Source: Octopus sinensis (lineage: Eukaryota). Taken from it: DNA of 48,133 nucleotides. The notes under the pieces are model-generated. The model worked only from the letters and a program-made list of their open reading frames with translations, did not search any database and was not told the origin of the DNA. Of this stretch, positions 34,954 to 47,039 are shown one piece after another. The number at the start of each line of letters is the position of its first letter. Position 1 is the stretch's first letter. The translations under genes were made by a program, and so were the position numbers. The stretch covers positions 1 to 48,133 of the forward strand of contig NW_021834649.1 in the NCBI RefSeq assembly GCF_006345805.1, written 5' to 3'.

Positions 34954-35275
34954 TTAAAAAAGGAGATGTGGAACACGATGTGTTGTGATATATAAAAAGG
35001 AAATGAAGAAAATGCTGACAAAATAATTTAAGTAATTTAAGTAATTTAAATAGGTGAAAGTTCTTTTTACCGGTTGCGCATTGTTATGCTTATCAAAAGA
35101 TTAGAGTTCCTTCTGATAGATTTTTTCCTCAAGATGATCCGGTTCCGACTGAAGATTAGAGGCTTCGAGTGACCCGTCTGTTTTTTTGTGTCGTCTCTTT
35201 GTGTGTTTTTGCGTTCTTGTCCCACTTATTTAATTTATATTATTTATTTTAATTTCTATATATATATTATATATT
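34367..35275. repeat. Unclassified ~360-410-bp tandem repeat (2.4 copies) with internal (TA)n
   Basis: GATGATCCGGTTCCGACTGAAGATTAGAGGCTTCGAGTGACC at ~34367, 34777 and 35133. Confidence 0.9.
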
Positions 35276-35430
35276 AATGAAATGGATAAATGAATTATCT
35301 TGTTACGGATTATTCAAAATTTAACCGATACCTGTGTAGGAAAATTCACACCAGAAAAGACACGGTTGAGGTTATGACCATGGGGTTTCGCCCCCGTGCT
35401 TTAGCGTGGATAATTGAAGTTTTATTATTA

Positions 35431-35901
35431 GTGAAGGGAAGAAATGGAGCCGAACGAAGATTCTACAAAATTCCTTTTTATTATTTTCTACACATGTTTC
35501 AAAGGCTGCAAATTCTTTCCCAAATTCGGATTGAATAAGGAGACCATTCTGCAGCTTTCTCTCAGGAAAATCCAGGAATTAAAATCTCAAAACAAATGCG
35601 CAGCAAGCTTTTCGAACAAAACGCTCCCTAGGAGCCCATGGTAAAAATGGTAAAAATGGCGCCATTTTTACCATTTTTTACCAAAGTGCCATTTTACCAT
35701 GGGCTCCTAGGGAGCGTTTTGTTCGAAAAGCTTGCTGCGCATTGGTTTTGAGATTTTAAATTCCTGGATTTCCTGAAGAGAAAGCTGCAGAATGGTCTCC
35801 TTATTCAATCCGAATTTGGGAATTGCAGCCTTTGAAACATGTGTAGAAAATAATAAAAGGAATTTGGTAGAATCTTCGTTCGGCTCCATTTCTTCCCTCA
35901 C
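35431..35901. mobile_element. ~470-bp near-perfect palindrome (TA-flanked MITE-like)
   Basis: TA|GTGAAGGGAAGAAATGGAGCC... / ...GGCTCCATTTCTTCCCTCAC|TA; arms ~220 bp; the apex is itself palindromic around GGCGCC (35658-35663). Confidence 0.9.
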
Positions 35902-36087
35902 TATATATATATATATAAATATGTAACATGTATATATATATATATGTATATATATATATAATTAATTAATAAGGGTGAGAGAATTAAGATACTAATTTAT
36001 AGTATATCTATTCAACACCAAGTGGCCTAGTGCCGAGAAACCTGGATTATTATAATATTTTATAACATATTATAATATTTTACAAAA

Positions 36088-36355
36088 AAATATAAGAGAG
36101 TGGTCACTATATGGCTCACACTAGCACCAGTTAATCCAAAAGGTTTCAACCACGAAAATACATGTTTCCCATGAAAGTCAGTACGATTGTTAGCTCACAC
36201 GGAGGGCAAATAAAAATAACAAATAACAAAATTTGCCCTGTCCGTGTGAGCTAACAATCGTACTGACTTTCATGGGAAACATGTATTTTCGTGGTTGAAA
36301 CCTTTTGGATTAACTGGTGCTAGAGTGAGCCATATATGACCACTCTCTTATATTT
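36088..36355. repeat. ~120-bp-stem hairpin with a 19-nt loop
   Basis: 36088-36211 is the near-perfect reverse complement of 36231-36355. Confidence 0.92.
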
Positions 36356-36382
36356 ATTTAATTATATATATATATATATATA

Positions 36383-36436
<54 letters not shown>

Positions 36437-36464
36437 ATATATATTAATATATATATAATATGTG

Positions 36465-36498
<34 letters not shown>

Positions 36499-36541
36499 AT
36501 ATATATATATATAGTGTATATATATATATATATATGTGTAT

Positions 36542-36577
<36 letters not shown>

Positions 36578-36593
36578 CTTTGTACTCTTCCAG

Positions 36594-36881
36594 GAAGAAA
36601 TTGAGACCATTGAAAAGATCTACTCCGAAGAGAAGAGACAATTGATGGAACTGGAGGAACGGTTCAGAAGTTTGGAGATTGAATACAGGAAAATCAGGAG
36701 AGAGAGGGAGGACACAAAGAAGTGGAAAGAAGAGACGGATAGAAGGTTGGTGCGCATGATGAGGGCGGCGACCACGATCCAGGCATTTTGGCGCTCATAT
36801 AAGGTGCGGAAGATGCTGAAGGTGAGAAAGAAAAAAGGGGGAGCAGGCAGCGGGAAGAAGAAGAAGAAGAAGAAGAAGTAA
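36594..36881 (+). CDS. IQCD: DRC10/IQCD terminal coding exon (IQ motif + lysine-rich tail)
   Basis: CTCTTCCAG|GAA; ...RMMRAATTIQAFWRSYKVRKMLKVRKKKGGAGSGKKKKKKK*. Confidence 0.95.
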   Translation, partial: EEIETIEKIYSEEKRQLMELEERFRSLEIEYRKIRREREDTKKWKEETDRRLVRMMRAATTIQAFWRSYKVRKMLKVRKKKGGAGSGKKKKKKKK

Positions 36882-36976
36882 TCGCCGTGACGATAGGGTC
36901 CCCCCATCATCGCCCCCCCCCCCCGCCCCTGGAAATGATGATGGTGATTATGATGATGATGATGATGATGATGTTA

Positions 36977-37011
<35 letters not shown>

Positions 37012-37017
37012 AATAAA
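37012..37017 (+). promoter_or_regulatory. Candidate polyadenylation signal of DRC10
   Basis: AATAAA ~130 nt after the stop, followed by T/GT-rich sequence. Confidence 0.5.
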
Positions 37018-37139
37018 GATAATAATTTTGTTAATATAAATATTTTGTCCGTGGTTTTTGATGTACATTTAAACACATAAGGAATCCACTCGTGGGATTC
37101 AAGGAGAGAAACAAGGAGAGAAAAAATGGAGAGAAAAAA

Positions 37140-37318
37140 GGGAGAGCGACTCGACCCCGGGACTTATTCTTTTTTGTAAGCCCAGTACTTATTCTATCGG
37201 TCTCTTTTGCCGAACCGCTAAGTGACGGGGACATAAACACACCAGCATCGGTTGTCAAGCAATGCTAGGGTGACAAACACAAGACACACAACACACCACA
37301 AATACATATATATAGTAG

Positions 37319-37349
<31 letters not shown>

Positions 37350-37510
37350 GGCTTTTCAGTTTCCGTCTACCAAACTCACTCACAAGGCATTGGTCGGCCG
37401 GGGCCTATAGCAGAGAAGACACTTGTCCAAGGTGCCACGCAGTGGGACTGAACCCGGAAACATGTGGTTGGTTAGCAAGCTACTTACCACACAGCCACTC
37501 CTGCGCCTAC
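37140..37510 (-). mobile_element. SINE family A
   Basis: Reverse-complement tail, (TA)n and head. Confidence 0.85.
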
Positions 37511-37544
37511 ATATATATATATTATATATATATATCATCATCAT

Positions 37545-38565
37545 CATCATCATTGCTTTACGTCCGTTTTCCATGCTAGCATGGGTTGGACGGTTCAACT
37601 GGGTTCTGGGAAGCCAGGAGGCTGCGCCAGGCCCAGTCTGATCTGGCAGTGTTTCTACAGCTGGATGCCCTTCCTAACGCCAACCACTCCGTGAGTTTAG
37701 TGGGTGCTTTTTATATGCCATCGTCACGGGGGCCAGACGAGGCTGGCAATGGCCACAATCGGATGGTGATTTTTATGTGCCACCGGCACGGAGGCCAGTC
37801 TGGGCAGCACTGGCAATGGCGACGTTCGGACAGTTCTCTTACATGCCACCAGCACTGGTATCTCAGCTACAATTTCCATTGATGTTGAAAGATTTTGATT
37901 TTGATTTTGATTTTCACTTGCCTCAACAGGTCTTCACAAGTAGAGTTTTGTGTCCCAAGAAGGAAAGGTATGCATAAGTGGACTGGCTACGTCCCAGGTA
38001 GAGGCCATGGGTTATGGTCTCACTTGTCCTGCCGGACCTTCCCACGCACAGCATACTTCCAATGGTCTCAGTCTCTGGTCATTTCCTCGGTGAGACCTAA
38101 AGTTCGAAGGTCGTTCTTCACCACCTCGTCCCAGGTTTTCCTGGGTCTACCTCTTCCACAGGTTCCCAAAACGCTAGGGTGTGGCACTTTTTCACACAAC
38201 TATCTTCATCCATTCTCGCACATGACCATACAAGCGCAAACGTCTCTCTTGCACACCACAAAACTGATGCTTCTTAGGTCCAACTTTTCTCTCAAGGTAC
38301 TTACACTCTGTCGGGTATGAATACTGTGACATTACACAATCCATCGGAGCCACAATGGCTTCATTTCTTGCGAGCTTACGCATATCCTCAGCAGTCATGC
38401 CCCATGTTTCACTGCCATGTAGTATGGCTGGCGTCATACAGTCTGCCCTTTACTCTGAGCGAGAGGCCTTTTGTCACCAGCAGAGGTAAGAGCTCTCTGA
38501 ACTTTGCCAGGCTATTCTTACTCTAGCAGTTACACTTTCAGCACCCCCCCCCCCCCCGCTGCCTT
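37545..38565 (-). mobile_element. RTE-clade LINE 3' fragment with (ATG)n tail
   Basis: Minus-strand LHGSETWGMTAEDMRKLARNEA and GVQERRLRLYGHV; 3' region with GGTTGGCGTTAGGAAGGGCATCCAGC and a (GAT)n tail; homologous to 40625-41830. Confidence 0.85.
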
Positions 38566-38704
38566 CGTCTTTTGTCTATTTTCATAAATTTCCCCTTATA
38601 TATATATATATATATATATATATTTGAAATAAGCAACAAGGAGAGACAGAGGTAATGCAGTATGATATCAATTCATATGACTTAATTAGATTTAGCTATA
38701 AATA

Positions 38705-38960
38705 GGCAAAGTTCAGAGAGCTCTTACCTCTGCTGGTGACAAAAGGCCTCTCGCACAGAGTGAAAGGCAGACTGTATGACGCCAGCCATACTACATGGCA
38801 GTGAAACATGGGGCGTGACTGCTGAGGATATGCGTAAGCTCGCAAGAAATGAAGCCAGTGTGCTCCGATGGATGTGTAATGTCAGTATTCATACTCGATA
38901 GAGTGTAAGTACCTTGAGAGAAAAGTTGGACCTAAGAGCATCAGTTGTGGTGTGCAAGGA
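38705..38960 (+). mobile_element. RTE fragment, inverted duplicate of 38267-38510
   Basis: Near-identical reverse complement, sharing the same ~11-bp deletion relative to the 41040 copy. Confidence 0.85.
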
Positions 38961-39409
38961 CATAGTAAGTCAAGCGAAACCCTTGAGATATATGAAATTT
39001 TGATAAATATGGATAATGTAAACTTCCTAAATAACTGTTTAGAACTCGGAGTATCGTCTATACATTGTACTACCTTACCTTTAAATATTTTAAAGAATAA
39101 CACTCTGTTATTCCTGATTTTTTAGATACTCTTTCACTTGTTTCAGTCATTTGACTGCGGCCATGCTGGAGCACTGCCTTTAGTTGAGCAAATCGACCCC
39201 GGGACTTATTCTTTGTAAGCCCAGTACTTATTCTATCGGTCTCTTTGCCGAACCACTAAGTAACAGGACTTAACACACCAGCATCGTTGTTCAAGCGATG
39301 CTAGGGGGACAAACACAGACACACAAACATCCGCACATACATATATTATATATATATATATTATATATAATAATATATATATACTATATATATATATATA
39401 TATCTAATA

Positions 39410-39452
<43 letters not shown>

Positions 39453-39474
39453 CTAGATAGATATAGATATTAAT

Positions 39475-39700
39475 ATACCGGAGTAAACACATAAATGTGA
39501 AACAAGGTGGAAAAAAGAGTACTCAAATACCAGTGGTAGAGTAATATGCTTTATTTAAAGCAGCAGAAAATTCAACAAAACCTGTTACTCTGAGTTTCCC
39601 GTTTCCGTTCGGCGGACAGTTTTTCCTAGAATGGAACCGACATGTGAATTCTATTCAGACTATTGCAAACGCTACACCTTTAAAAAAAATGGATTGTTTG
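39475..39700 (-). mobile_element. Penelope-like terminal repeat with a degenerate hammerhead motif
   Basis: Minus strand CTGT-CCGCCGA-ACGGAAACGG-GAAA-CTCAGAG-TA-ACAG (39582-39619), then AATAAA and a T-rich tail ending at (TA)n. Confidence 0.6.
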
Positions 39701-40624
39701 ATTGGCCCTTTAGAAATAACGGCCATACACCTTTTTTAAAATGGACTTGTTTGATTGGCCCTTTAGAAATAACGGCCAATTTTCGAGCGATAAACATAGA
39801 TGAGTTCAAAAATATATATATGTATATGAAATATGAAAAAATATAAAATATAAAAAATATAAAAATATAAAATATATAAAAAATATATAAAAATATAGAA
39901 AAGGTATATAAAAAATTATAAATTCGAGGAAAAACCTTATATTGAATAAAATACATATTGACCTTAATGAAGGAAATATAATTAATACATGGGAATTAAA
40001 ATGCATTAAAACTATGCATTAAGAATATACAAAGCAATACATATTCATATTAAAGTATGGAAGCACTCCGCGTGACACACAGAGAGTGACAAGGCTGGCC
40101 CCTTGAAATACAGGTACAACAGAAACAGGAAGTAAGAGTGAGAGAAAGTTGTGGTGAAAGAGTACAGCAGGGTTCACCACCATCCCCTGCCGGAGCCTCG
40201 TGCAGCTTTAGGTGTTTTCGCTCAATAAACACTCACGGTCTGGGAATCGAAACCGCGATCCTGTGACCGCGAGTCCGCTGCCCTAACCCGGGACTGAACC
40301 GGAACCATGTGGTTGGTAAGCAAGCCACTTACCACACAGCCACTCCTGTGCCTATACTCTTTACTCTTTTACTGGTTTCAGTCATTTGACTGCGGTTATG
40401 CTGGAGCACCGCCTTTAGTCGAGCAAATCGACCCCGTGACTTATTCTTTGTAAGCCTAGTTCTTATTCCATTGGTTTCCTTAGTCGAACCGCTAAGTAAC
40501 AGGGACATAAATGCACCAGCATCGGTTGTTAAGCAATGCTAGGCGGACAAAGACAGACCCACAAACCCACACAAATATATATATATATGTATATATATTA
40601 TATATATATATATATATATATCAA

Positions 40625-41830
40625 AGACCAAGTTTAGTAAGCAGCAAGAGGTACTCAGCACACATCCCTCTGGGTAGGTGGCCTGCTCAACCTGTAGGAA
40701 AGGTACAGGTAGAAACTCCATAAGATGCACCCAATGTAAGTTATGGACACATAAGAGGTGCAGCAACATTAAAGGGAAATTAACAGATAAAATAGCTTTC
40801 ATGTGCGGCAGATGCACAGGGACAATAGACACAACAGACACTCAGAAAACAGATTCCATCACACTCCAGGGAGAGAAACTAGAAGTAGTTGATAGTTTCC
40901 GCTACCTGGGTGACCAAGTTAGTAGCGGAGGTGGATGCACAGAGAGTATCACCACTAGAATACGAATAGCCTGGGCAAGTTCAGAAAGCTCCTACCCTAC
41001 TGGCACAAAAGGTCTCTCCCTCAGAGCAAAAGGTAGATTGTATGATGCATGTGTGCGAACTGCCATGCTTCACGGTAATGAAACATGGGCTGTGACTGCA
41101 GAGGCATGCGTAGACTTGAAAGAAATGAAGCTAGCATGATCCGCTGGATGTGTAGTGTCAGTGTGCACGCAAGACAGAGTGTAAGCATCCTGAGAGAAAT
41201 GCTGGATATAAGAAGCATCAGATGTGGTGTGCAAGAGCGACGCTTGCAATGGAATGGTCATGTGCTGCGGATGGATGAAGAGAGATGTGTGAAGAAGTGC
41301 CACTCCCAAACAGTTGAAGGTATCAGGGGGAGAGTAGACCCAGGAAGACATGGGATGAGGTGGTCAAGCATGAGCTCAGAGCATTGGGCCTCACTGAGGC
41401 AATGGCGAAGGACCGAGATCTCTGGAGATATGCTGTGACTACAAAGACCCGGGCTGCTTTCTGCAGCAATTCCACCTACCCCCTACCCATTCTAAGTACC
41501 CCGGATCCCCAAAGTACCCTGGATACCCCAAAGTACCCCGATCCCATCCCCAAAGTACCCTGGACCTCGTTGCCCCCGTGCCGCTGACACGTTAAAATGC
41601 TCGAACCGATCGTGACGATGCCGGACCCTCCGCCCCTGTGCAGGTGGCACGTAAAAAGCACCCATCCACTCACGGAGTGGTTGGCGTTAGGAAGGGCATC
41701 CAGCCGTAGAACTCTGCCAGATTCAGACTGGAGCCTGGAGCGGCCCCTGGCTTCCCAGACCCGGTCGAACCGTCCAACCCGTGCTAGCGCGGAAAGCGGA
41801 CGTTAAACGATGATGATGATGATGATGATG
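40625..41830 (+). mobile_element. RTE-clade LINE 3' part with PHD-like finger, 3' UTR and (GAT)n tail
   Basis: CSTCRKGTGRNSIRCTQCKLWTHKRC...CGRC, FRYLGD, RIRIAW, LHGNETW, RRLQWNGHV; frameshifted. Confidence 0.9.
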
Positions 41831-41859
41831 ATATATATATATATATATATAATATATAT

Positions 41860-42026
41860 ATACGACAGGCTTCTTTCAGTTTTGTCTACCAAATCCACTC
41901 ACAAGGCATTGGTCGGCCCGGGGCTATAGCAGAAGACACTTGCCTAAGATGCCACGCAGTGGGACTGAACCCAGAACCATGTGGTTGGTAAACAAGCTAC
42001 TTACCACACAGCCACTCCTGCGCCTA
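41860..42026 (-). mobile_element. SINE family A head
   Basis: Reverse complement of the head module, after (TA)n. Confidence 0.85.
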
Positions 42027-42195
42027 TTTTTTTGATCAATAGCCATGCTTCAAAAGTGTCAGAACAACTTCTTTGACTCATTATTTCTTTGTGCCTTTTC
42101 ATTAATACACGTATAATAATAAGCTAAGATTTATACAGGTAAATGACCTGAAAATCGTCTGTTTAAAGGTACATTTACTTATATTCAGTGCAGTT

Positions 42196-42985
42196 AAGGC
42201 GGCGAGCTGGCAGAATTGTTAGCACGTCGGGTGAAATACTTAGCGTTATTTCGTCTGTCGTTACGTTCTGAGTTCGAATTCCGTCGAGGTCGACTTTGCC
42301 TTTCATCCTTTCGGGGTCGATAAATTAAGTACCAGTTACGCACTGGGGTCGATATAATCGACTTAATACCTATGTCTGTCCTTGTTTGTCCCCTCTGTGT
42401 TTAGCCCCTTGTGGGTAGTAAAGAAATAGGTATTTCGTCTGCCGCTACATTCTGAGTTCAAATTCAGCCGAGGTCGACTTTGCCTTTCATCCTTTCGGGG
42501 TCGATAAATTAAGTACCAGTTACGCACTGAGGTCGATATAATCGACTTAATACCTATGTGTGTCCTTGTTTGTCCCCTCTGTGTTTAGCCCCTTGTGGGT
42601 AATAAAGAAATAGGTATTTCGTCTGCCGCTACATTCTGAGTTCAAATTCAGCCGAGGTCGACTTTGCCTTTCATCCTTTCGGGGTCGATAAATTAAGTAC
42701 CAGTTACGCACTGAGGTCGATATAATCGACTTAATACCTATGTGTGTCCTTGTTTGTCCCCTCTGTGTTTAGCCCCTTGTGGGTAATAAAGAAATAGGTA
42801 TTTCGTCTGCCGCTACGTTCTGAGTTCAAATTCCGCCGAGGTCGACTTTGCCTTTCATCCTTTCGGGGTTGATAAATTAAGTACCAGTTATACACTGGAG
42901 TCGATGTAATCGACTTAATACATATATCTGTCCTTGTTTGTGTCCTCTATGTTTAGCCCGTTGTGGGTAATAAAGAAATAAGATA
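42196..42985 (+). mobile_element. SINE family B: one full copy followed by three ~163-bp head-less tandem units
   Basis: AAGGCGGCGAGCTGGCAGAA head once, then near-identical units joined at AAATAGGTATTTCGTC. Confidence 0.92.
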
Positions 42986-43259
42986 CGCCCATACCTTCAC
43001 AAAATTATATAAACACACCTACTCACGCAAATACACACATGTACACACACATTCATAATTGAACGCATACACAGACACACATACACACACACTTAATTAT
43101 CTCTCCTTATTTCCTCCACCTTATCCTCCGGCCTCCCCCATACACCTCCCCCATTTTCTCTCTCTTTACCATTCTCTCCACTAAACACCCCACCCCACGT
43201 CCACCCCACGTCCACCCCAACATAGATAAGCATAACCCATGTCCCTCGACCTGGTTTAT

Positions 43260-44904
43260 GTACCCACGCGCACACACACACACACACACATGATTGTACG
43301 CATGCACGCAGTCATATATTTCACTCGCATAAGCACACGCATTTGAACACACACACACACACACACTCACACACACTCAGACACACACACACACACGCAA
43401 ACAAACACACATACACACAAACGTGCAAACACACACACATACAAACACACACACACACACAGACGCAAACAAACACACATACACACACACTTGAAAACAC
43501 ACATACACACACATACAAACACATACAAACACACGCGCACACACAAACACACATACACACACACACGTGCAGACACACACACACACACACGTGAAAACAC
43601 ACATACACACACACACGTGAAAACACACATACACACACACACGTGAAAACACACATACACACACACACACATACAAACACAGACACACACATACAAACAC
43701 ACACACACACACACACACATACAAACACACACACACACATACACACACACGTGAAAACACACACACAAACACACACACACACACACGCACACACACACAT
43801 TCACACACACACACACACATGGTTTCCCGCTCTTTCTGAAAACACTTGTCAGCAACGCCTTAACTCCTTCCCTCCCCCTCTCTCTCCCCCCTCTCTTCCT
43901 CCCCCTCTCTCTCCCTCCTCCTCCTCCGCTCTTCTTTCCTCTCTGTGCTGCCATCTGCAATCAACAGGATCCCTGTCACTATCTTTCGATTCACAACGAC
44001 CAAGGCATTCTTGAATTCCGTGATATTTTATAGTCAAACCTCTGGACTAATTTATCTCAGGTAAGCATTTTCCATTCATATGTACGTATGTATGTATGTA
44101 TGTATGTATGTATGTATGTATGTGTGTGTGTATGTGTGTGTGTATGTGTGTGTGTATGTGTGTGTGTATGTATGTGTATGTATGTATGTATGTATGTATG
44201 TATGTATGTATGTATGTGTGTGTGTATGTATGTATGTATGTATGTGGTCTGTATGTGTGGTTGGGTTGTATGTATGTATGTATGTATGTATGTATGTATG
44301 GATGTATGTATGTATGTATGTATGTATGTATGGTGTGTGTATGGTGTGTGTATGTATGTATGTATGTATGTATGTATGTATGTGTATGTATGTATGTATG
44401 TATGTATGTATGTATGTGTGTGTGTATGTATGTATGTATGTATGTGTTGTCTGTATGTGTGTATTGTTATGTATGTATGTATGTATGTATGTATGTATGT
44501 AGTATGTATTATGTATGTATGTATGTATGTATGTATGATGTGTGTGTGTATGTGTGTGTGTATGTATGTATGTATGTATGTATGTATGTATGTATGTATG
44601 TATGTATGTATGTACGTATGTATGTATGTATGTGTGTATATGTATGTATGTATTTATGTATGTATGTATGTACGTATGTATGTATGTATGTGTGTATATG
44701 TATGTATGTATTTATGTATGTATGTATGTACGTATGTATGTATATATGTGTGTATATGTATGTATGTATGTATTTATGTACGTATGTATGTACGTATGTA
44801 TGTATATATGTGTGTATATGTATGTATGTATGTATTTATGTATGTATGTATGTACGTATGTATGTATATATGTGTGTATATGTATGTATGTATGTATTTA
44901 TGTA

Positions 44905-44935
<31 letters not shown>

Positions 44936-45225
44936 GTGTATATGTATGTATGTATGTATGTATTTATGTATGTATGTATGTACGTATGTATGTATGTATG
45001 TGTGTGTGTATGTGTGTGTGTATGTAGTATGTATGTATGTATGTATGATGTTATATGTGTATATGGTATGTTGTATGTATGTATTATGATGTATGTATGT
45101 ATGTATGTATGTATGAACGTATGTATGTATATATTGTGTATATGTATGTCTGTATTTATGTATGTATTGTATGTATGTATGGTGTTGTGTATGTATGTAT
45201 GTATGTATGTATGTATATATGTGTG

Positions 45226-45257
<32 letters not shown>

Positions 45258-45303
45258 TGTATGTATGTATGTATGTATGTACGTATGTATGTATATATGT
45301 GTG

Positions 45304-45335
<32 letters not shown>

Positions 45336-45391
45336 TGTGTGTGTATGTATGTATGTATTTATGTATGTATGTATGTATGTATATATGTGTG

Positions 45392-45423
<32 letters not shown>

Positions 45424-45433
45424 TATATGTGTG

Positions 45434-45465
<32 letters not shown>

Positions 45466-45739
45466 TGTATTTATGTGTGTGTGTATGTGTGTATTTATGT
45501 ATGTATTTATGTATGTGTGTGTATGTGTGTATGTATGTATGTACGTATGTATGTATATATGTGTGTATATGTATGTATGTATGTATGTATGTACGTATGT
45601 ATGTATGTGTGTGTGTCTGTATGTATGTATGTATGTATGTACATCTAGGATTGTATGTTTTTTGTATGTATTTTCATGCATGTATCCAGACATACCTGGA
45701 CACGCGCGCACACACACACACACACTCACACACACACAG

Positions 45740-45770
<31 letters not shown>

Positions 45771-45780
45771 TGTTTGTACG
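43260..45780. repeat. (CA)n and (TATG)n compound microsatellite field
   Basis: Visible directly; it explains all the CV/YVCM/HT ORFs here. Confidence 0.97.
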
Positions 45781-46046
45781 CATTCACACACTGAAAAATT
45801 TAGGTGATCTTTATAGTTCCCTTGATGGATTGGATCTACATTCTTCGAATTAGCTTTCTCCTTTCTGGTTTTGAGAAACCTAATTTCTCAAGATTGCTAT
45901 TTAGGCAGTGTGTTACATATTCCCAGGGCTCCAATAATTACAGGTATAAAACTGAACTTGTCATCTCGATACAGTAACTGCAGATTTCTCAATAGTTCAG
46001 CATCAGTGTCCTTTTTTTCACTGATAATCAGCTTTATATTAACATA

Positions 46047-46613
46047 CACTACCGTCAGAAATTAATTAGCACCCTTGATTTGCTCACCATGAAGCATGGT
46101 GGGGGTGGTCTGATGGTGTGAGGAGCGTTCAGCTACAGTGGTGTTGGGCGGCTCTATGCCGTCGAAGGCAACATCAACGCAGCAAAGTATGTTGAGATAG
46201 TACGGGATACCTCTTTTGTGGCGAGGAGTACGTGCTGGCCAGTCACCTGGCCTGAACCCTATTGAGAACCTCTGGAGTCGATTGGGTAGGGATTTGAATG
46301 TGCAGCAATACAGGAACCGACACGAGCTGTTTGGGGCACTTCTTGCTGCATGAGGGGCCGTCCCTGCACAGTACCTGTAGGCACTCATAGACAGCATGCC
46401 GATCCGCGTAGCAGCTGTCATTGCTGCCAAAGGAGGTGCAACAAGATATTGACTAAATTTCACGATTAATAACAATTATGTGGTGTGCTGGGATATGTTT
46501 TAATAAATTTTTGATTAAAAATGAGTTCGTTTCTGATAATAAGTTAATTAAATTAAGAAAATGTACGAAAATGTAGAAATTTGAGAAGTGCTAATTAATT
46601 TCCGACGCAAGTG
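46047..46613 (+). mobile_element. Internally deleted Tc1 transposon
   Basis: TA TSD; 26-bp TIRs CACTACCGTCAGAAATTAATTAGCAC vs CACTTGCGTCGGAAATTAATTAGCAC; relics TMKHGGG.LMV*GAFSYSGVG, LNPIENLW and SMP.R..AVIAAKGGATRY. Confidence 0.92.
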
Positions 46614-47006
46614 TATGCTGGGCAGCGAATTTCCACAACTGTACACAGTTTCTCTTCTCTATCCCTAATCATTATATCAGGTCTGTTATCCTTACATTTT
46701 ATTGAGGTCTTCACTGGTACATTCCATCAGTAATCCTTTTTATTATGAGTGGCTATGGCTTCTACTATACTGTGTGTTCTTTTATATTATGGTGCTCTTT
46801 GCACCCTGCTAGCACAGACGCCAGTCATCGAATTTGATTTTTATTTTGTTTACCCATGAGGTCTATAATTGGGATATTTTTTGCTTCTGGTGAATGACGT
46901 GTCAATTAATCCCTTTAAAATAGAAAGAATAGCTAAGATTTTTGACTGCTATTTCTGTACTTCGGTGTGTCGTAAAGCTAATCGTTGCTGAACCCTAATG
47001 ATATAG

Positions 47007-47036
<30 letters not shown>

Positions 47037-47039
<3 letters not shown>

